Positions 56,681 to 64,000 of a DNA stretch of 64,000 nt are shown piece after piece. The stretch is from the human T2T-CHM13v2.0 reference genome, Homo sapiens. Where the stretch lies: the NCBI RefSeq assembly GCF_009914755.1, contig NC_060936.1, one strand, 5' to 3'. Every line of letters starts with the position of its first letter. The first letter of the stretch is position 1. Made by a program: the position numbers and the translations under genes. The notes beneath the pieces are model-generated. The model saw only the letters and a program-made list of their open reading frames with translations. It was not told where the DNA came from and searched no databases.

Positions 56681-58355
56681 CTTGCATTTGTGAGACACTA
56701 ATGTTATCCAAGAAAAGAAATACATCTCTGGAGATTTTTGAAAAGATTGACTGCAATTGTCAGGGTCGTGTGCAATACCACCTAAAGTCACAGGCTGGAT
56801 AAGATGATCTCAGAATCCCCTTTTCCTGTTGGGTTCCTTAGACAGGAGCTCTGGCATTGTCTTGCTGTCTGTGAAAATGGTTTTTTTTTTTTTTTTGATA
56901 GAAAACTGGTACAAGAACCAAAAGCACCCTTAAAGGCAGGAGGACTGAGGCCAATTAAACTAACAACTGTAATGAGGTGGATGTAGGAAGAGAAGGAGGC
57001 AAAAGAGGGTCGAGAAGTATAACCCAGATGCCTCAGGCCTCCTGAGTCCCCAGCTCACTTCCTTAGGTAAAAGATTTAGGCTGAGAGTTGTCCTCTCTTC
57101 AGCTCTGTAAGGGAAAACCAACAGAGGCCTCACCAGTCTCTGGAACGCCTAGCTCTTTCAGGCAGGGAGTCTTTTGCCAAAGCAAACAATCCCAGCTCTA
57201 CGATTGTGCTCTGGCTGGGGTAGGAGAGAACAAAGATCCCTTTCTTTGCTTCCCCAACCCTATGGCTCCAGCCAAAGGCACTGTTTACACAATCTTCCCT
57301 GGTGAAGAATTTGTTCCTTTTCTCTCTAGGTTGCAGCTGGAAAAGATTGATTCTCTCCTTGCCTATTCGTTTTTCCCATGTCCCTGGGCAGGAAAAGTGT
57401 CCAATACCCAAACCTCCCACCTCCAGAGATGTGAGCATACTTAACAGTAACTTCAGGCCCTTTTGTGATGTGACAGAGAACCTTGATTTTAGTGGCAGAA
57501 AGCCTATCTGGCCAGGAAAGGGAGGCTGGAAACATCAGGAGCTTGGTTTCTCTACATTCCAATTCCATTTATTCCACTCTCTCATTCCCTAGGCTTTCTC
57601 AGGCACATTTCCAAAAGTGAATCAAATAATCAAAATCCATGGCAGATTTGGGCTCCTTCTTTTAAAGCCTGATCAGGTGGGTAGGATGAAAATAGTATTT
57701 TCTAGTGGGAGAAGTTATTCTTTAGTCTTTAGTTTATTATTAACTCCAGCAGCACAGATGTCTCCTCCACGCCCCGAAAACAAAAGCAAGAGGGAGAAAA
57801 GGAAAGCCCAGAGTGGTAGAGTCTAATTTTAGTACTGGCAGAGAATCCTAGTGTTAAGTTACTTCTGGTAAACTGGTAACTAAGAAACAACAGAGATAAA
57901 GATAATTTTCACAATTTAGGTTTCCAAGTAGTTTTAAGACCTAATTTTGCTTATTTCCATGACATCTCAGGGAGGCAGATAAGGTGTTACCCATTTCACA
58001 CAAGAGAAGGAATTGAAGCACAGGAAGAATTAACCAAAAGCCATTCATGAGTGACTGGAACCCAGGATTCTGGGACTTTCAATCTGGTCAACTTCACAGG
58101 GCCAAGCTGCTTTCTGAAAAATTTATGGGTCTTTTGTACTGCACACATTTTCCCTGAGCTACATTTTCTCCCTATCTTAAATCCCTACTGACTATTCTCC
58201 TGTTGCTAAGCGAGCTATGGGCTAGCTGTTTGTTACCCTTTGCAGCTATGTTTTGGAAACTTGAAGTCCCTACTCCAGATGTTGGGAGATGGGAGTGGAA
58301 AAGCCATGGGGATACAGAGGGGTTACAAGTCTGTTTAGGCTCAGATACCATCCTG

Positions 58356-58388
58356 ACACACACGCGCGTGCACACACACACACATACA
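58356..58388. repeat. (CA)n with an internal CGCGCGTG; 33-bp alternating purine-pyrimidine tract
   Basis: Read directly from the sequence. Confidence 0.85.
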
Positions 58389-58638
58389 GGCTCACCCCAA
58401 CCACCCCCCAGCAAGATATGCAGAGTTCATTTCTGTAAAAGCAGCCACACAGTTCCTGGAAGGCTGTAATCCACTATGGTTAAAAATATCTATCTTGGGG
58501 ACAGAGCCGAGCCAACCAAACAGCCTACCCATAAACTCAGAAAATAAGCAGTGGGGTAGAATGAACCCAGTGGTAGGCAAAATGCTACCTATCTGTAAGA
58601 TAAGAGCAGGGATAGTAATAATAAGAAACACAGATTAA

Positions 58639-62545
<3,907 letters not shown>

Positions 62546-63249
62546 TTGGCTCTTTAATGCTCTTTTGGCTGAGGGTGGATGGGAACCAGAAAATAGCTTC
62601 ATGGAGGTTAAATTTAAGTCTTTAGGGATAACAGAGTTCGAAAAAGAGGAAAGTGAGCAAAGATGCAGGGAAAGAAAGCAGAAATGAGCAGAGAAAGGAA
62701 AAGGCAGGAAGATATGGTAAAGACAGGAAAACATCTGAAAAATGACAGTCACTTTATGTAGTGTATAGGACTAAACAGATAAAGCAGAGAAAGTTGAGGT
62801 GACTTTTTGAACCATTAACTGATAAAACCAGTCTTATGCTTAAGGAGGATTCACCTGGCAGTGGTAAGGAGAAGTAAATGCTGGAGGGAAGAGACTGGAG
62901 GCAGAAGGCCAGTTAAGAGGTTCTTGCAATAGACGAGGTGGATGACAATAAGGGCCTGAGCCAGGAGAGTGACAGTGGAAACAGAAAGCCTATTAGCCAA
63001 CATTTTAAGCCAGAACTTGAAGTTGCTACTGACCCCAATCTTCCCAGGCAAGTAGCAGGCCATGCCAGGTGAAAATAATTTAAAATGTTATGCTATTTCA
63101 AATAAAGCTTTCCTGAAACAGAATTAAGAAAAAGTGAGCTCAGCCAAATCCATGTTGAGTTTAGCACCATCACTACCCTTCGGGCCTTGTACTCTCACGA
63201 AGGCACTCAGCCAACTGTGGAAAAGAAATATACACAGGAGACTCAAGAA

Positions 63250-63396
63250 ACATCTTATTAATACAGTATTTATTTGTCTTTTCTCTGTCAAACCCTGAGC
63301 CAACCACGTTCCCCAGGCTGCCTGGGGAGGTATAGGAAAAGGAACACACGGGGCCAACCAGACGCGGGAGAACTATGGGAGGTGGAGACGGCTCCT
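63250..63396 (-). other. ATP5MC2: ATP5MC2 3'UTR
   Basis: Lies between the stop codon and the polyA site; I recognise AGGAGCCGTCTCCACCTCCCATAG... as the ATP5G2 paralogue UTR; cleavage position approximate. Confidence 0.85.
63269..63274 (-). terminator. ATP5MC2: Polyadenylation signal AATAAA of ATP5MC2
   Basis: Plus-strand tttatt; a GU/U-rich downstream element (tgtttcttgagtctcctgtgtatatttctttt on the minus strand) follows about 20 nt later. Confidence 0.85.
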
Positions 63397-63511
63397 TCAC
63401 ATGGCAAAGAGGATGAGAAAGGCTACCATCAGACAAAAGAGCCCCATGGCCTCCGAGAGGGCAAAGCCCAGAATGGCGTAGGAGAAGAGCTGTTGCTTCA
63501 GAGAAGGGTTC
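63397..63511 (-). CDS. ATP5MC2: Last coding exon of ATP synthase F0 subunit c, isoform 2 (ATP5G2)
   Basis: After the acceptor ...cttctccttctaccag|G the exon translates as (R)[37 protein letters not shown], the subunit c C-terminal helix with the proton-carrying Glu; missed by the ORF track because it is a spliced exon without its own start. Confidence 0.97.
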
Positions 63512-64000
63512 CTGGTAGAAGGAGAAGAGAAAAGACTGAATTTCTAGTTCACACAAAGAAAAGGATAAATATCTAAGATGGGCTCAGGGAGAATCCCCCT
63601 CTTCAAGATTATCTCACATAATAAAGAAGCTTTTAGGGTAACACCATCATGCCCAAATTCTTGCCCTGATTCCCCAAAGGCTCTACAGGAACTGAATGAA
63701 GGGGGAGCAGGCAATCTAAAATCCTGTAACATGGCCCAGGTATAATCATGACCTTCACTAATGGTTCACCCATCTCATTACCACAAATTAAGACCTCTTG
63801 GCCCAGACACTTAATATCCAGGGCCCAAATAGGATGGAAGAGGCATCCAGAGTGGAAGGGTCTATCTAGAGCAGTGTTTTCAAACTTTAAGCAGAACTCC
63901 AATATAGTAAACATCTAAAAGCCAAACTGCAATGGTACAAAAGTAGTGGGGAAATTTTAACGGCTTGGTCTCCCCTTTATTCTCTAAGACAGTCTCTGGG
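63512..64000 (-). other. ATP5MC2: ATP5MC2 last intron (3' part)
   Basis: Polypyrimidine tract and AG at 63512-63513 on the minus strand. Confidence 0.9.

Noticed and set aside
63397-63511. ATP synthase subunit c processed pseudogene
   Set aside because: Homology stops at a canonical splice acceptor and there is no genomic polyA tail, so this is the real gene exon
63173-63576. ORFs overlapping the ATP5MC2 last exon (127 aa on -, 100 aa on +)
   Set aside because: Wrong-frame and antisense shadows of the real spliced exon

Overview
Human (primate) genomic DNA, extremely Alu-dense. I place it in the ATF7-ATP5MC2 interval (chr12q13) from recognised exon sequences. Both genes are on the minus strand. 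1-24320 is ATF7 intron 1. A CpG-island promoter with the non-coding ATF7 exon 1 lies at ~23960-24630. The last coding exon, 3'UTR and polyA signal of ATP5MC2 (ATP5G2, ATP synthase subunit c) lie at ~63250-63511. The ~39 kb between the genes holds an RPL31 processed pseudogene, two fragmented old L1M elements, a degraded ERV-L provirus (RT, RNase H, integrase and dUTPase remnants), MaLR/MLT2 solo LTRs, GGAA and AT-rich repeats and dozens of Alus. Nearly all ORFs in the supplied track are repeat-derived. Most interesting: (1) an L1PA copy at 43583-44930 with about 30 sense-strand A>G changes in an ADAR-like context, i.e. a probable A-to-I hyper-edited RNA fixed in the genome by retrotransposition, inside a two-subfamily chimeric L1; (2) an RPL31 retrocopy co-oriented downstream of ATP5MC2 with an open 125-codon frame, an intact AATAAA and a derived in-phase splice acceptor that could make it an alternative ATP5MC2 terminal exon; (3) local template-switch and gene-conversion scars inside Alus; (4) a very young AluYa5-type insertion. 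Repeat subfamily calls and consensus comparisons are from memory and need RepeatMasker/Dfam confirmation; most repeat boundaries are approximate.
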